Positions 1 to 9,635 of a stretch of 64,000 nucleotides of DNA are shown piece after piece; the stretch's first letter is position 1, and each line of letters starts with the position of its first letter. Source of the DNA: Elusimicrobiota bacterium (lineage in GTDB: Bacteria; Elusimicrobiota; Elusimicrobia; UBA1565; UBA9628); contig JACRDP010000003.1 in assembly GCA_016212855.1 (NCBI GenBank), positions 29,283 to 93,282 of the forward strand. The letters are read 5' to 3'. The translations under genes were made by a program, and so were the position numbers. The notes beneath the pieces are model-generated. The model saw nothing but the letters and a program-made list of their open reading frames with translations. It did not search any database and was not told the origin of the DNA.

Positions 1-28
1 CGCCGCGCCTGTCGCCGCACACGTCGCG

Positions 29-3000
29 GTGTCCGCACCCATCGCCATCGCGAACGCCGCTTCCCCGATCTCGTCCTTGTCCGCCGCCGCCGCGCAACTG
101 ACTCCGGCTCTCACCGCCACCGATCTGTCCGCTCCGGCCAAATCCGACGGCGCGCTCGACCGCCTGTCCTCGCTGTTCGACGGCCTGATCGCGCGCAAGC
201 CCGCGCAGGACGCCGTGAACGCGGGCGAACGCGACGACGCGCCCCGCGGCTCGCAGTTGGGCCGGCCCGAACACCGGCTCATGCGCGTGCAGGTGACGCT
301 CGCCGATCCCGGTTCGCACGAGGCGCTCGTGGCGGTGCTGGAGAAAATGAGCGGCGACCTCGGCTTCAGAGTCGACAATTCCGCCGAAACGTCCCGTATG
401 CCCGGGCTCGTGACCGTGCGCGGCGCCGTCCCCGTCTCGCGCCTGTTCGCGCTCCAGCAGGCGCCCGGCGTCGTGGACGTCGCCGCGGTCCGCTCGGTTG
501 AAACGGCGCCGAAGGCACCGTCGAGCGAAAATCTCCTGCGCGCCGGCGTCCGCAAGCTCGCGCTCGCGAACCCGATGTACGCGTCCCTCGCCGTCCTCCC
601 GCTGGCCGCCCTCGCCGGCGTCGCCTTCATGGGTCCCGTGATGGGCGGCATCGCCCTCGGCGGCGCGGCCGCCGTCCTCAAGCCGTGGATGCTCGGCACG
701 GTTCTCGGCATGACGTCGATGTCATACCTGTCCTTCCTGTTCAACTGGATCCCGGTCAAAATCCGCGCCGCCGCGACGTTCGCCGGCGCGGGCGGTCTCG
801 CCTGGCTCGCGTACGGCTTGATCCCCGGCGCCGCCGCGCTGTGGCTCGGCGCCAACCTGGCCGTGAGCTTCATCGCCGCGATGCGCGGCCTCCAGGTCCC
901 GGCGGCCGGCGACAAGGTCGGCAAGATCGTGTTCGCCGTCGAGCGCTCGGCGTTCGTCAACATCCTGGGCTATCAGGCTCTTCTTCCCATACTCCTGCTC
1001 GCCGGCATGCTGCCGCTGGCCTACGGCATTCTCGCCGTCTCGTCGGTCCTCGCCGTCGCCCTGCTGATCAAGACGGCGGCGCCGAAGGCCGTAGTCCTTC
1101 CCATGGCCCCCATCGCGCTCGGCTTGCTGCCGGGCGGAACGCCTTCCGTCCCGGAAGGACCGAAGCCCGGGAAGAAAGCGGCGGCGCCCAAAAAGCCCGC
1201 GCACGAGCCGTTCGTGCCCGCGACGCGCGTCGTCGCCGCGCTCGAAAAGCTGCTTGAGACGAACCCCGCCGAGGCGCTCAAGGCCGCCGCCGCCGCGATC
1301 GTCAACGAAAAGGAGCGCCGCTCCGAAGTGAAGATCGGCGCCCAGCGCATCCTCGACGCCCTGCCGATCGAGCAGACCTTGCCGCATTACCTCGAGCTGC
1401 TCAAGCTCGTCGCCCGCCCCGGCCTGCAGACGAACAAGGACGTCAACATCGATCCGTGGTGGTATCTCCAGCGCACCGCGCTCAAGCGCCTGACGCGCGA
1501 GGCCGCCGCGCTCAAGCCCGGCACGCCCGAGCTGGTCGACGCGCTGAAGGAATCGTACAAGGATCGCAACGCCTCGGTGCGTCTCGCCGCGGCCGAGACC
1601 TTGACCGCGCTCGGCGTCGTGCCGGGACCCGAGGCGACGTACGAAGTCGTCCGCGCCGAACCCGAGACGACGATGCAGCCCGCGCCCGTCCTGAACCGGC
1701 CCAATCCGGCGAAGCCCAAGAGCAATAAATTCGTGCGCTGGATCGCGATCGGTCTGCTCGCGGCCTCGCTCGGCTGGCTCGTGTTGGGAAATCACAATCC
1801 CGCGTCTCCCCCGCCTTCGACTCCGCCCGCGATCACGCAGACGATCAAGCCCGACTCGGCGGCGATACCGGCCGCGAAAGCGTCCGAGACCGACTCGATC
1901 AAGGTCGACCCGAAGGACGCGGCCCTCGAGCAGATCGCGAAGGACACCAAGCGCACCGCCGACGCGGCCGAGCGCTCCGCCAAGGCCGCCGAGCAGATGG
2001 CCAAGCCCAAGGGCTCCTTCCTGAGCACGTTGTTCTGGACGCTCGCCCCGATCATCCTCATGGTTTGGCTGTTCCGCAAGTTCATGGGCGGAGGCGGCGC
2101 GGCCGGCGGCATCCAGATGAAGCCGAAGATGGACCTCGAGAAGCCGACGACGCGCTTCGACGACGTGGCCGGCATCGACGAGAGCATGGTCGAGGTCCAG
2201 GAGATCATCGACTTCCTGCGCGACCCGTCCCGCTTTAAAAAACTCGGCGCGCGCATGCCCAAGGGTATCCTGATGGAAGGCCCCCCCGGCACCGGCAAGA
2301 CCTTGCTCGCCCGCGCGCTCGCCGGCGAGACCGACGCGACCTTCATCTCGATCTCGGGCTCCGACTTCGTCGAACTCTATGTCGGCATGGGCGCGCGCCG
2401 CGTGCGCGAGCTGTTCGAGACCGCGCGCGCTCACTCGCCGGCTATCATCTTCATCGACGAAATCGACGCGGTCGGCAAACAGCGCGGCGGCGGGGGCCCC
2501 GGCAACGGCGGCAACGACGAGCGCGAGCAGACGATCAACCAGATCCTCAAGGAGATGGACGGCTTCGACAACTCCTCGGGCGTGCTCGTCGTCGCGGCGA
2601 CCAACCAGGCGTCCACGCTCGACACGGCGCTGACCCGCCCCGGACGCTTCGACCGCAAGATTCACGTGGGCCTGCCCGAGGCCATGGGCCGCGAGGCGAT
2701 CTTGGCGCTTCACGCCAAAAAGGCGCGCCTCGGTCCCGACGTGGACCTGCGCCTCATCGCGCGCCGCTCCGCGGGCCTCTCCGGCGCCTTCCTCGAGAAC
2801 GTGATCAACGAGGCGGCCCTATTGGCCGCCCGGCGCGGCGGTCATTTCATCAACGCCGCCGACATCGACGAGGCCGTCGACCGCGCGACGATCGGCGGCA
2901 AGCGCTCTTTGCGCCTGTCCGAAGAGCTGAAGCTGCGCATCGGACGCCACGAGGTCGGCCACGTGGCCGCCAACCTGCTCAACGAAAACGCCAAGGTGCG

Positions 3001-3487
3001 CGTGCCCGTCAACAAGGTGACGATCATCCCGCACGGCTCGGGCGCGCTCGGCTTCGCCGAGTCCGGCTCCGAAGAGGGCGACAAGTACCTCTACACGCGC
3101 GCCGAGCTCGAGGCCCGACTCGATACCGCGCTCGGCGGCCTCGTCGCCGAGAAGATCTACTACGGCGAGTGGTCCACCGGCCCGGGCTCGGACCTCGAGC
3201 AGGCGACGCGCGTGGCGCGGGCGATGGTGCAGCAGCTCGGCATGAGCGAGGAGATGGGACTCGCGCAGACCGCGCCGAACCAGTACGGGCAGAGCCCGTT
3301 CGGAAGCGAGACCGACGCGAGAGCTCTCGTCGAGATCAACAAGCTGCTCGCGGCGTCGAAGGCGCGCGTCGAGAAGCGCCTGGCCGAGAACAAGGACAAG
3401 TTCGAGGCGCTCGTCGCCGCGCTGGTCGAGAAGGAGACGCTCTCCTCCGACGAGATCATGGCGATCCTGCACCCGAAACCGAAATAG
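29..3487 (+). CDS. ftsH: FtsH-type AAA+ zinc metalloprotease with ~550-aa N-terminal extension. The ORF is open to the window edge, so the 5' end may lie upstream.
   Basis: The C-terminal ~600 aa carry Walker A GPPGTGKT, Walker B IIFIDEID, the TRPGRFDR second region of homology and the HEVGH zinc site. Two TM helices (aa ~570-590 and ~665-685) precede the AAA module as in FtsH. The upstream part adds a multi-TM block (aa ~180-365), a Pro/Lys linker and a HEAT-like segment ([16 protein letters not shown]). Confidence 0.85.
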   Translation: MSAPIAIANAASPISSLSAAAAQLTPALTATDLSAPAKSDGALDRLSSLFDGLIARKPAQDAVNAGERDDAPRGSQLGRPEHRLMRVQVTLADPGSHEALVAVLEKMSGDLGFRVDNSAETSRMPGLVTVRGAVPVSRLFALQQAPGVVDVAAVRSVETAPKAPSSENLLRAGVRKLALANPMYASLAVLPLAALAGVAFMGPVMGGIALGGAAAVLKPWMLGTVLGMTSMSYLSFLFNWIPVKIRAAATFAGAGGLAWLAYGLIPGAAALWLGANLAVSFIAAMRGLQVPAAGDKVGKIVFAVERSAFVNILGYQALLPILLLAGMLPLAYGILAVSSVLAVALLIKTAAPKAVVLPMAPIALGLLPGGTPSVPEGPKPGKKAAAPKKPAHEPFVPATRVVAALEKLLETNPAEALKAAAAAIVNEKERRSEVKIGAQRILDALPIEQTLPHYLELLKLVARPGLQTNKDVNIDPWWYLQRTALKRLTREAAALKPGTPELVDALKESYKDRNASVRLAAAETLTALGVVPGPEATYEVVRAEPETTMQPAPVLNRPNPAKPKSNKFVRWIAIGLLAASLGWLVLGNHNPASPPPSTPPAITQTIKPDSAAIPAAKASETDSIKVDPKDAALEQIAKDTKRTADAAERSAKAAEQMAKPKGSFLSTLFWTLAPIILMVWLFRKFMGGGGAAGGIQMKPKMDLEKPTTRFDDVAGIDESMVEVQEIIDFLRDPSRFKKLGARMPKGILMEGPPGTGKTLLARALAGETDATFISISGSDFVELYVGMGARRVRELFETARAHSPAIIFIDEIDAVGKQRGGGGPGNGGNDEREQTINQILKEMDGFDNSSGVLVVAATNQASTLDTALTRPGRFDRKIHVGLPEAMGREAILALHAKKARLGPDVDLRLIARRSAGLSGAFLENVINEAALLAARRGGHFINAADIDEAVDRATIGGKRSLRLSEELKLRIGRHEVGHVAANLLNENAKVRVPVNKVTIIPHGSGALGFAESGSEEGDKYLYTRAELEARLDTALGGLVAEKIYYGEWSTGPGSDLEQATRVARAMVQQLGMSEEMGLAQTAPNQYGQSPFGSETDARALVEINKLLAASKARVEKRLAENKDKFEALVAALVEKETLSSDEIMAILHPKPK

Positions 3488-3514
3488 ACCCGCGCCCCGA
3501 TACCGGCGCCGAAG

Positions 3515-3811
3515 CTAGGTTTTTTTCTTCTTTGTTTTCGGCGCGGGCTTGCGTAGGGAGCCGCGCTTGCGCGGCTTGAGGAGGGACGCCTGGCGGCGCA
3601 GCTCCGCGATCACCGCGCGGAAGGCGATCGCCTCGTCTTCCGAGACGCGCGAGAGATGCTCGCCATGCTTGAAGCGGACGATCTCGCCGCTCTTGATCTT
3701 CATCGCGATCTTGTCGCCCTCGACGCCCATCACGATGCCGAGTTCGCCGCTGAGGGCGTTGCGCAGAACATCGAAGAGGCGCACGTTTTCGAGCTCGATC
3801 GGGTAGGACAT
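3515..3811 (-). CDS. Small hypothetical protein with a Lys/Arg-rich C-terminal tail
   Basis: 98-aa ORF with ATG start. A sigma-54-type motif sits 13 nt upstream of the ATG. I recognise no family. Confidence 0.5.
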   Translation of the reverse strand: MSYPIELENVRLFDVLRNALSGELGIVMGVEGDKIAMKIKSGEIVRFKHGEHLSRVSEDEAIAFRAVIAELRRQASLLKPRKRGSLRKPAPKTKKKKT

Positions 3812-3906
3812 GGGCCGATTTTAGCAAACGCGCCGCCATGCGTCCTAGGGCGGAACGGGTCCTTGTGCCCTGTCGGCGATGCTGGAAAATCGGCATCCTT
3901 ATGGTC

Positions 3907-4152
3907 ATGACCCGCTTCGGGCGCTTCCCGCTCGCCCTCCTGCTGACGGCGGCCCTCGCCGCCGTCTCCTCGGCCGGCGTCGTACGTCTCGTCCCCGAGG
4001 CGGCGCTTGCCCCCCTCGGGGTGCCCCAGGTCCTCGTCGGCTCACCCGGCTCCGCCCCGCTGGCGCTGACGAACGCTGTGTCCGCGCGCGACACTCGCTG
4101 GAAGAAGTTCAAGGGCTTCTTCAAGGACCTGCTGGCCGCCGCCGTTCCATGA
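3907..4152 (+). CDS. Small secreted hypothetical protein
   Basis: Starting at the internal ATG (3907) gives a classic signal peptide, MTRFGRFPLALLLTAALAAVSSAG. The longer ORF-track start (3838) is Arg/Cys-rich and unlikely. Confidence 0.4.
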   Translation: MTRFGRFPLALLLTAALAAVSSAGVVRLVPEAALAPLGVPQVLVGSPGSAPLALTNAVSARDTRWKKFKGFFKDLLAAAVP

Positions 4153-4179
4153 TGGACTCGCGCCCCCTAAAATAGTCTA

Positions 4180-5136
4180 ATCGTTCAGGCGGACTTCATC
4201 GCCGAGGACAACCTGGCACCGCGAGACTGGGAACGCAAAGACCTGCTCGGCCTGGAAGGGCTGAGCGCAGCCGAGATCGAGACGCTTCTCGATTTAGCCG
4301 CCTCGTTTAAGACCGCCCCGCCGTCGGACCTCCTGAAGGGACGCACCGTCGCCTTCATCTTCACCGAACCTTCGACGCGCACGCGCTCCTCCTTCGAAAC
4401 GGCGGCCAAGCGTTTGGGCGCGGACGTGCTGAGCTTCTCGCCCGTCGGCTCTTCGCTCTCGAAAGGCGAGACCCTCCTCGATACATTCCTCAATCTCCAG
4501 GCCGTCGGCGTCACCCACTTCGTCGTGCGCCACGAACGCTCGGGCGTGCTCGAGGACCTGGCGCCGCTGCTCAAGGCCTCCGTGATCAACGCCGGTGACG
4601 GCTGGCACGAGCACCCGACGCAGGCGCTGCTCGACCTGCTCACGCTCCGCGAGCGCTGGGGCGGGTTCAAGGGCCGCAAGATCGTGATCCTCGGCGACAT
4701 CCGTCACAGCCGCGTCGCGCGGTCGAATCTCTTCGCTCTCAAGAAGCTCGGCGCGAAGGTGACGTTCTGCGGCCCGACCCCGCTGTGCCCCGACGATTTC
4801 TCGGCTTTGGGCGCCACGGTAGAACATGACGTAGAAAAAGCATTGAAAGGCGCGGACGCGGTCAACGTCCTGCGCCTTCAGCTCGAGCGCATGGACCAGG
4901 GCTTCGTGCCCTCGCTCGCCGACTACGCTCTCGCCTACCAGCTCACGCCCGCGCGCGCCGACCTGATGAAGCCCGAGGCCCTCGTCATGCACCCGGGCCC
5001 CATCAACCGCGGCGTCGAGATCGCCTCGGAGGTCGCCGACGGCCCGCGCTCCGTCATCCTCGAGCAGGTCGCCAACGGCGTGCTCGCGCGCATGGCCGTG
5101 CTCGCACTATGTGAGGAAGGAGGTCGGGGTGCCTGA
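4180..5136 (+). CDS. pyrB: Aspartate carbamoyltransferase catalytic chain (start codon unresolved)
   Basis: Motifs EPSTRTRSSFE, HPTQALLD and HPGPINRG. The frame is open from the stop at 4168-4170. The conserved N-terminus (DLLGLEGLSAAEIETLL, STRTR) lies upstream of the first ATG (4414), and no ATG/GTG/TTG precedes it in frame. Confidence 0.88.
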   Translation: MVQADFIAEDNLAPRDWERKDLLGLEGLSAAEIETLLDLAASFKTAPPSDLLKGRTVAFIFTEPSTRTRSSFETAAKRLGADVLSFSPVGSSLSKGETLLDTFLNLQAVGVTHFVVRHERSGVLEDLAPLLKASVINAGDGWHEHPTQALLDLLTLRERWGGFKGRKIVILGDIRHSRVARSNLFALKKLGAKVTFCGPTPLCPDDFSALGATVEHDVEKALKGADAVNVLRLQLERMDQGFVPSLADYALAYQLTPARADLMKPEALVMHPGPINRGVEIASEVADGPRSVILEQVANGVLARMAVLALCEEGGRGA

Positions 5137-6421
5137 GCAATTGATCGTCGCGGGCGGGCTCCTGATCGATCCGGCCTCCCGCATCGAGGCGATCCGCGAC
5201 GTCCTCATCGAAGACGGCCGCGTCGCCGCCGTCGGCACCGGCCTGACGCGCAAGCCCGCCTTCAAGGGCGTGGCGACGATCGACGCTCGGTCAAAGTGGG
5301 TTCTCCCCGGGCTCGTGGACATGCACGTTCATCTGCGCGAGCCCGGCCGCGAGGGCGACGAGACCATCGCGACCGGCTCGAAGGCCGCGGCGCGCGGCGG
5401 CGTCACCACCGTCCTCGCGATGGCCAACACCGAGCCGGTGAGCGACACGCCCTCGCAGATCTCCTTCCTGCGCTCGAAGGCCCGCACCGACGCCGCGATC
5501 ACCGTGCTGTTCGCGGGCGCGGTCACGCTCGGCCAGAAAGGCGAGAAGCTCACCGAATTCGCCAAGCTTCGCGCCGCCGGCGCGGCCGCGCTCTCCGACG
5601 ACGGACGGCCCGTGATGAACGCCGGCCTTCTGCGCCGCGCGCTCGAGGCCGCCAAGGACCTCGGCCTGCTCGTCATCGATCACTGCGAGGATCTGCATCT
5701 GTCGAACGGAGCGTGCGTCCATGAAGGCCCGGAAGCGCTCCGCAAAGGCTTGAAAGGCTCCCCCTGGGCGGCGGAGACGGTGCAGGTGATGCGCGACATC
5801 GCCCTGTGCGAGCTCACGGGCGCGCGGCTTCACATCGCGCACGTGTCGGCCGCCTCGTCCGTCGCCGCGATCCGGACCGCGAAGAAGCACGGCATCCGCA
5901 TCTCGGCCGAGGCCGCCCCGCATCACTTCGCCCTCATCGACAAGAACATCGAAGGCTACGACACCGACGGCAAGATGAACCCGCCCCTGCGCGAAAACCG
6001 CGACCGCCAGGCGCTTCTCGCGGGCCTGGCCGACGGGACGATCGATGCGATCGCGACCGATCACGCTCCGCACGGCTGCGCCGCGAAATCCCTCGGCATG
6101 GACCTGGCCCCTTTCGGCGTCATCGGCCTGGAGACCTCGCTCGCCGTCGCGCTCACCGAGCTCTTCCACAAGAAAATCCTCACGCGCCGCCAGCTCGTCG
6201 AGCGCATGTCCTCCTGCCCGGCCGCCTTGCTCGGCCTGAAGGGTAAAGGGACCTTGGCCCCGGGCGCCGACGCGGACCTGGTCGTCGTGGATCCGAACAT
6301 CTCTTGGACGCCCGAACCGCCCTATCTGTCCAAGAGCCGGAACACGCCTTTCACGGGCAAAAAGCTTAAGGGACGAGCGATTACGACATTGTCCGCAGGA
6401 CGCGTGGTTCATGCTTTATGA
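5129..6421 (+). CDS. pyrC: Dihydroorotase
   Basis: Motifs HVHLREPG and DHAPH. GGAGG at 5119-5123 lies 5 nt before GTG 5129. Overlaps the pyrB stop. Confidence 0.9.
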   Translation: MPEQLIVAGGLLIDPASRIEAIRDVLIEDGRVAAVGTGLTRKPAFKGVATIDARSKWVLPGLVDMHVHLREPGREGDETIATGSKAAARGGVTTVLAMANTEPVSDTPSQISFLRSKARTDAAITVLFAGAVTLGQKGEKLTEFAKLRAAGAAALSDDGRPVMNAGLLRRALEAAKDLGLLVIDHCEDLHLSNGACVHEGPEALRKGLKGSPWAAETVQVMRDIALCELTGARLHIAHVSAASSVAAIRTAKKHGIRISAEAAPHHFALIDKNIEGYDTDGKMNPPLRENRDRQALLAGLADGTIDAIATDHAPHGCAAKSLGMDLAPFGVIGLETSLAVALTELFHKKILTRRQLVERMSSCPAALLGLKGKGTLAPGADADLVVVDPNISWTPEPPYLSKSRNTPFTGKKLKGRAITTLSAGRVVHAL

Positions 6422-7388
6422 TGCGGTGAAGCCGTTTCTCTTCAAGCTCGATGCCGAGCGCGTGCATGAGGAGATGTCAGGTCTAATGGCGCTCGCGGCT
6501 CCGGTTCCAGGCGCCGAAAAGGTTCTCTCCATTTTGACGGGAAGCGGCGGAAAAGGTCTTTCCAAATCCGTATTCGGCGTAAACTTCCCCAATCCGGTCG
6601 GATTGGCCGCAGGATTCGACAAGGATGGGAAGTTGATCTCAGTTCTCCCGGGGCTCGGTTTCGGGTTTCTCGAAATCGGTTCGGTGACGTTGGAACCGCA
6701 GCCCGGGAACGCAAAACCGCGCCTTTTCAGGCTCGTCGGCGAGGGCGCGGTAATTAACAGACTCGGTTTCAATTCCGAAGGCGCGCGGGCCGTCGCGTTG
6801 CGCTTGTCCATGAGCCCCCCTCCGTCGGTTCCGTTGGGAATTAATTTGGGCTTGAACAAGGGGACGGACGCGAAGGACGCTCCCAAGAAATACGCTCAGA
6901 CGTTCAAGCTCTTGAGAAAATTCGGGGATTACTTCGTGGTGAATGTGTCCTCGCCGAATACTCCGGGGCTTCGGGATTTGCAAACGGCAACGAATTTGGC
7001 GGATATATTAAGCACCTTACAGGATGCCAACCCCGACCACAAACCTGTGCTCGTTAAACTCTCACCCGATCTCGCCGACGCCGACCTGACGGCCTGCGTC
7101 GCGTCGGCGGCGAAATCAGCGCAAGGATTCGTCGTTTCAAATACGACCATTCAACACGAAGGCGAGCCGGGCGGCCTTTCAGGCCGCCCCTTGAAAGTTC
7201 GTGCGACCGAACTCCTCCGCAAAGTCAGAGCCATGACCGCGTTGCCGCTGATTGGCGTTGGCGGCATCGCGACTCCGGAAGACGCGAAAGAGCGCCTGGA
7301 TGCGGGCGCCGACTTGATCCAACTCTACACCGGGCTAGTCTACGGCGGCCCCTCCACGATCAAGCGCATCACGAGAGGCCTCTCGTGA
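6411..7388 (+). CDS. pyrD: Dihydroorotate dehydrogenase (class 2-like)
   Basis: Motifs NRLGFNSEG and NVSSPNTPGLRDLQ. Start overlaps the pyrC stop (ATG 6411, TGA 6419-6421). Confidence 0.9.
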   Translation: MLYDAVKPFLFKLDAERVHEEMSGLMALAAPVPGAEKVLSILTGSGGKGLSKSVFGVNFPNPVGLAAGFDKDGKLISVLPGLGFGFLEIGSVTLEPQPGNAKPRLFRLVGEGAVINRLGFNSEGARAVALRLSMSPPPSVPLGINLGLNKGTDAKDAPKKYAQTFKLLRKFGDYFVVNVSSPNTPGLRDLQTATNLADILSTLQDANPDHKPVLVKLSPDLADADLTACVASAAKSAQGFVVSNTTIQHEGEPGGLSGRPLKVRATELLRKVRAMTALPLIGVGGIATPEDAKERLDAGADLIQLYTGLVYGGPSTIKRITRGLS

Positions 7389-8092
7389 CCCAAATCATTG
7401 TGGCTCTTGATGTCGATACGATCAAAAAGCAGGAAGAGCTCCTCAAAGCCCTCCACGGCACCATCGTCTGGTACAAAGTCGGCCTGCAGCTGTTCACCGC
7501 CCACGGCAAGCGCGCCGTCGACATCGTGCAGCGCCATGGCGGCAAGGTCTTCCTCGATCTCAAGCTCCACGACATTCCCCAAACCGTCGCCCACGCCGTA
7601 CGCGAGTCCCAGCGCCTCGGCGTCGAGGCCGTCTCCCTCCACCTGATGGGCGGCTCCGACATGCTGCGCGCCGCCTCCGAGGTTTCGCCGCGCCCGAAGC
7701 TGTGGGGCGTCACCGTCCTGACAAGCATGGGCCCCAAAGACGTGAAGGTTTTCTCTCCCTCGGCGAAAATACCGGCCCTGGTCAAGACGCTGGCGAAACA
7801 GGGCTGGGTCGGCGGCGCCGACGCGACGATCTGCTCGCCTCAAGAGGTCGGGATGCTTCAGAAAGCCTTCCCCCACCTCGACATGAAGTTCGTGACGCCC
7901 GGCATCCGCCCGAAAGGCGCCGCGCTCAACGACCAGAACCGCGTCATGACTCCGGGCGAAGCCGCGGCTCTCGGCATCGATTTCGTCGTGATCGGCCGCC
8001 CCATCACGCACGCGAGCGACCCGCGCAAGGCGGCGCTCGACATCCTGGCCGAGATGAAGGCCGCCGCGCCCAAGTCCCTGGATCGCGAATGA
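7385..8092 (+). CDS. pyrF: Orotidine 5'-phosphate decarboxylase
   Basis: IVALDV and FLDLKLHDIPQTV motifs. GTGA overlap with pyrD. Confidence 0.9.
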   Translation: MTQIIVALDVDTIKKQEELLKALHGTIVWYKVGLQLFTAHGKRAVDIVQRHGGKVFLDLKLHDIPQTVAHAVRESQRLGVEAVSLHLMGGSDMLRAASEVSPRPKLWGVTVLTSMGPKDVKVFSPSAKIPALVKTLAKQGWVGGADATICSPQEVGMLQKAFPHLDMKFVTPGIRPKGAALNDQNRVMTPGEAAALGIDFVVIGRPITHASDPRKAALDILAEMKAAAPKSLDRE

Positions 8093-8655
8093 ACGTCGAG
8101 CAACTGTTCGTGGAGAACGGCGCGCTCCTCAAAGGCCACTTTCTGCTGTCCTCGGGCCTGCACAGCGACCGCTATCTTCAATGCGCCCTCGTGCTGGCTC
8201 AGCCCGGCGCGGCGGAGAAGCTCGGCAAGGCCATCGCGGAGAAATCCTCGGTGAAGCCCGACCTCGTGCTCTCCCCCGCGATGGGCGGGCTCATGATCGG
8301 CCACGAGGTCGCGCGCGCCCTCGGCGTGCGCCACTACTTCACCGAGCGCGCGGAAGGGAGCATGGTTCTGCGCCGCGGATTCTCCCTCAAGCCCGGCGAA
8401 AAAGTTATCGTGGTGGAGGACGTCGTGACCACCGGCAAGTCCACCAAGGAAGTCTTCGAGGTGATCAAAGCCGCGGGCGCGACGGTCGCCGCAGCCGCGT
8501 CGATCGTGGATCGTTCGGAAGGAAAATCGAATTTAGGCGTTCCGTACGCGGCCCTCTGGGCCGTGTCCGTCCCGGCGTGGAAGCCCGAGGACTGCCCGCT
8601 GTGCAAGACGGGCGTCCCCGCGGTGAAGCCGGGAAGCCGCACGGAGAAAAAATAA
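8089..8655 (+). CDS. pyrE: Orotate phosphoribosyltransferase
   Basis: GHFLLSSGLHS and the PRPP loop VVVEDVVTTGKS. ATGA overlap with pyrF. Confidence 0.9.
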   Translation: MNVEQLFVENGALLKGHFLLSSGLHSDRYLQCALVLAQPGAAEKLGKAIAEKSSVKPDLVLSPAMGGLMIGHEVARALGVRHYFTERAEGSMVLRRGFSLKPGEKVIVVEDVVTTGKSTKEVFEVIKAAGATVAAAASIVDRSEGKSNLGVPYAALWAVSVPAWKPEDCPLCKTGVPAVKPGSRTEKK

Positions 8656-9635
8656 TGGCCAGCGCGACTCTGACGTACCGCAAGTCCGGCGTCAACATCG
8701 ACCTTGCGGATAAACTTGTCGACCACATCCAGAGCAAGGCGCCCGCCATCGGCGGCTTCGCCGGCCTGTTCCCTCTCGAGCTCGACGGGGACGGACCCTA
8801 TGAGTTGGTCGCCTGCACCGACGGCGTGGGAACCAAGCTCAAGCTCGCCTTCGCGCTCGACAAGCACGACACGATCGGCATCGATCTCGTCGCGATGTCG
8901 GTCAACGACCTCGTCTGCTGCGGCGCCAAGCCTCTGATCTTCCTCGATTACTACGCCACCGGCAAGCTCAAGCTCCAGACCTCCAAGAAGATCATCTCCG
9001 GGATCATGGAAGGCTGCCGCATCGGCCGTTGCGTGCTCCTCGGAGGAGAGACGGCCGAGATGCCGGGCATGTATCCGAAGGACGAGTACGACCTCGCCGG
9101 CTTCGCGGTCGGCATCGTCAAGCGCAAGGAGGTCATCGACGGCTCCAAGATCTATCCGGGCGATCTGATCCTCGGCCTGCCGTCGTCGGGCCTCCACAGC
9201 AACGGGTACTCGTTGGCCCGGCAGGTCTTTAAAGGCAAGGAACTCAAGAAGTGGGCCAAGCAGCTCCTGACGCCCACGCGCATCTACGTCGATGAGGTCA
9301 TGGCGCTCAAGAAGGCGCTCAAGGCGGAGGACGGCATCATCCTCGGCCTCTCGCACATCACCGGCGGAGGCCTCGTCGAGAACGTGCCCCGTATTCTGCC
9401 GCGCGGCCGCAAGGCGATTTTCCGCAAGGACGCCTGGAAGCGCCACCCGCTCTTCGATGAGATCCAGCGCCGCGGCAACGTGCCGGAAAAGGAGATGTGG
9501 CGCACGTTCAACATGGGCCTGGGCCTGGTCATCGTCATCCGCCCGGACAGCCTGGGCGCGGCGCTGAAGGCCCTGCCCGAGGCCAAGGTGGTCGGCGAGA
9601 TCGTGGAGGGCAAGCACGAGGTCGTGATCATCTAA
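8655..9635 (+). CDS. purM: Phosphoribosylformylglycinamidine cyclo-ligase (AIR synthetase)
   Basis: YRKSGVNID, DGVGTKLKLA and MSVNDLV motifs. TAATG overlap with pyrE. Confidence 0.9.
   Translation: MASATLTYRKSGVNIDLADKLVDHIQSKAPAIGGFAGLFPLELDGDGPYELVACTDGVGTKLKLAFALDKHDTIGIDLVAMSVNDLVCCGAKPLIFLDYYATGKLKLQTSKKIISGIMEGCRIGRCVLLGGETAEMPGMYPKDEYDLAGFAVGIVKRKEVIDGSKIYPGDLILGLPSSGLHSNGYSLARQVFKGKELKKWAKQLLTPTRIYVDEVMALKKALKAEDGIILGLSHITGGGLVENVPRILPRGRKAIFRKDAWKRHPLFDEIQRRGNVPEKEMWRTFNMGLGLVIVIRPDSLGAALKALPEAKVVGEIVEGKHEVVII

Noticed and set aside
722-2713. Long antisense ORF (663 aa) opposite ftsH. Similar long shadow ORFs lie at 21749-24340(-), 34645-37320(+, except its last 66 codons), 39160-40329(-), 41220-42536(-), 45695-47644(-), 51469-53130(+) and 57572-59728(-).
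   Set aside because: Their Arg/Gly/Ala/Pro-rich, low-complexity translations are typical of stop-poor frames in high-GC DNA. Each lies opposite a gene with unmistakable family motifs. None has start-site signals.
3882-3896. TGGAAAATCGGCATC upstream of the small secreted-protein gene, and TGGCAC at 61965-61970, as sigma-54 promoters.
   Set aside because: The GG-to-GC spacing is two nt too short in the first. The second has no GC at the -12 position.
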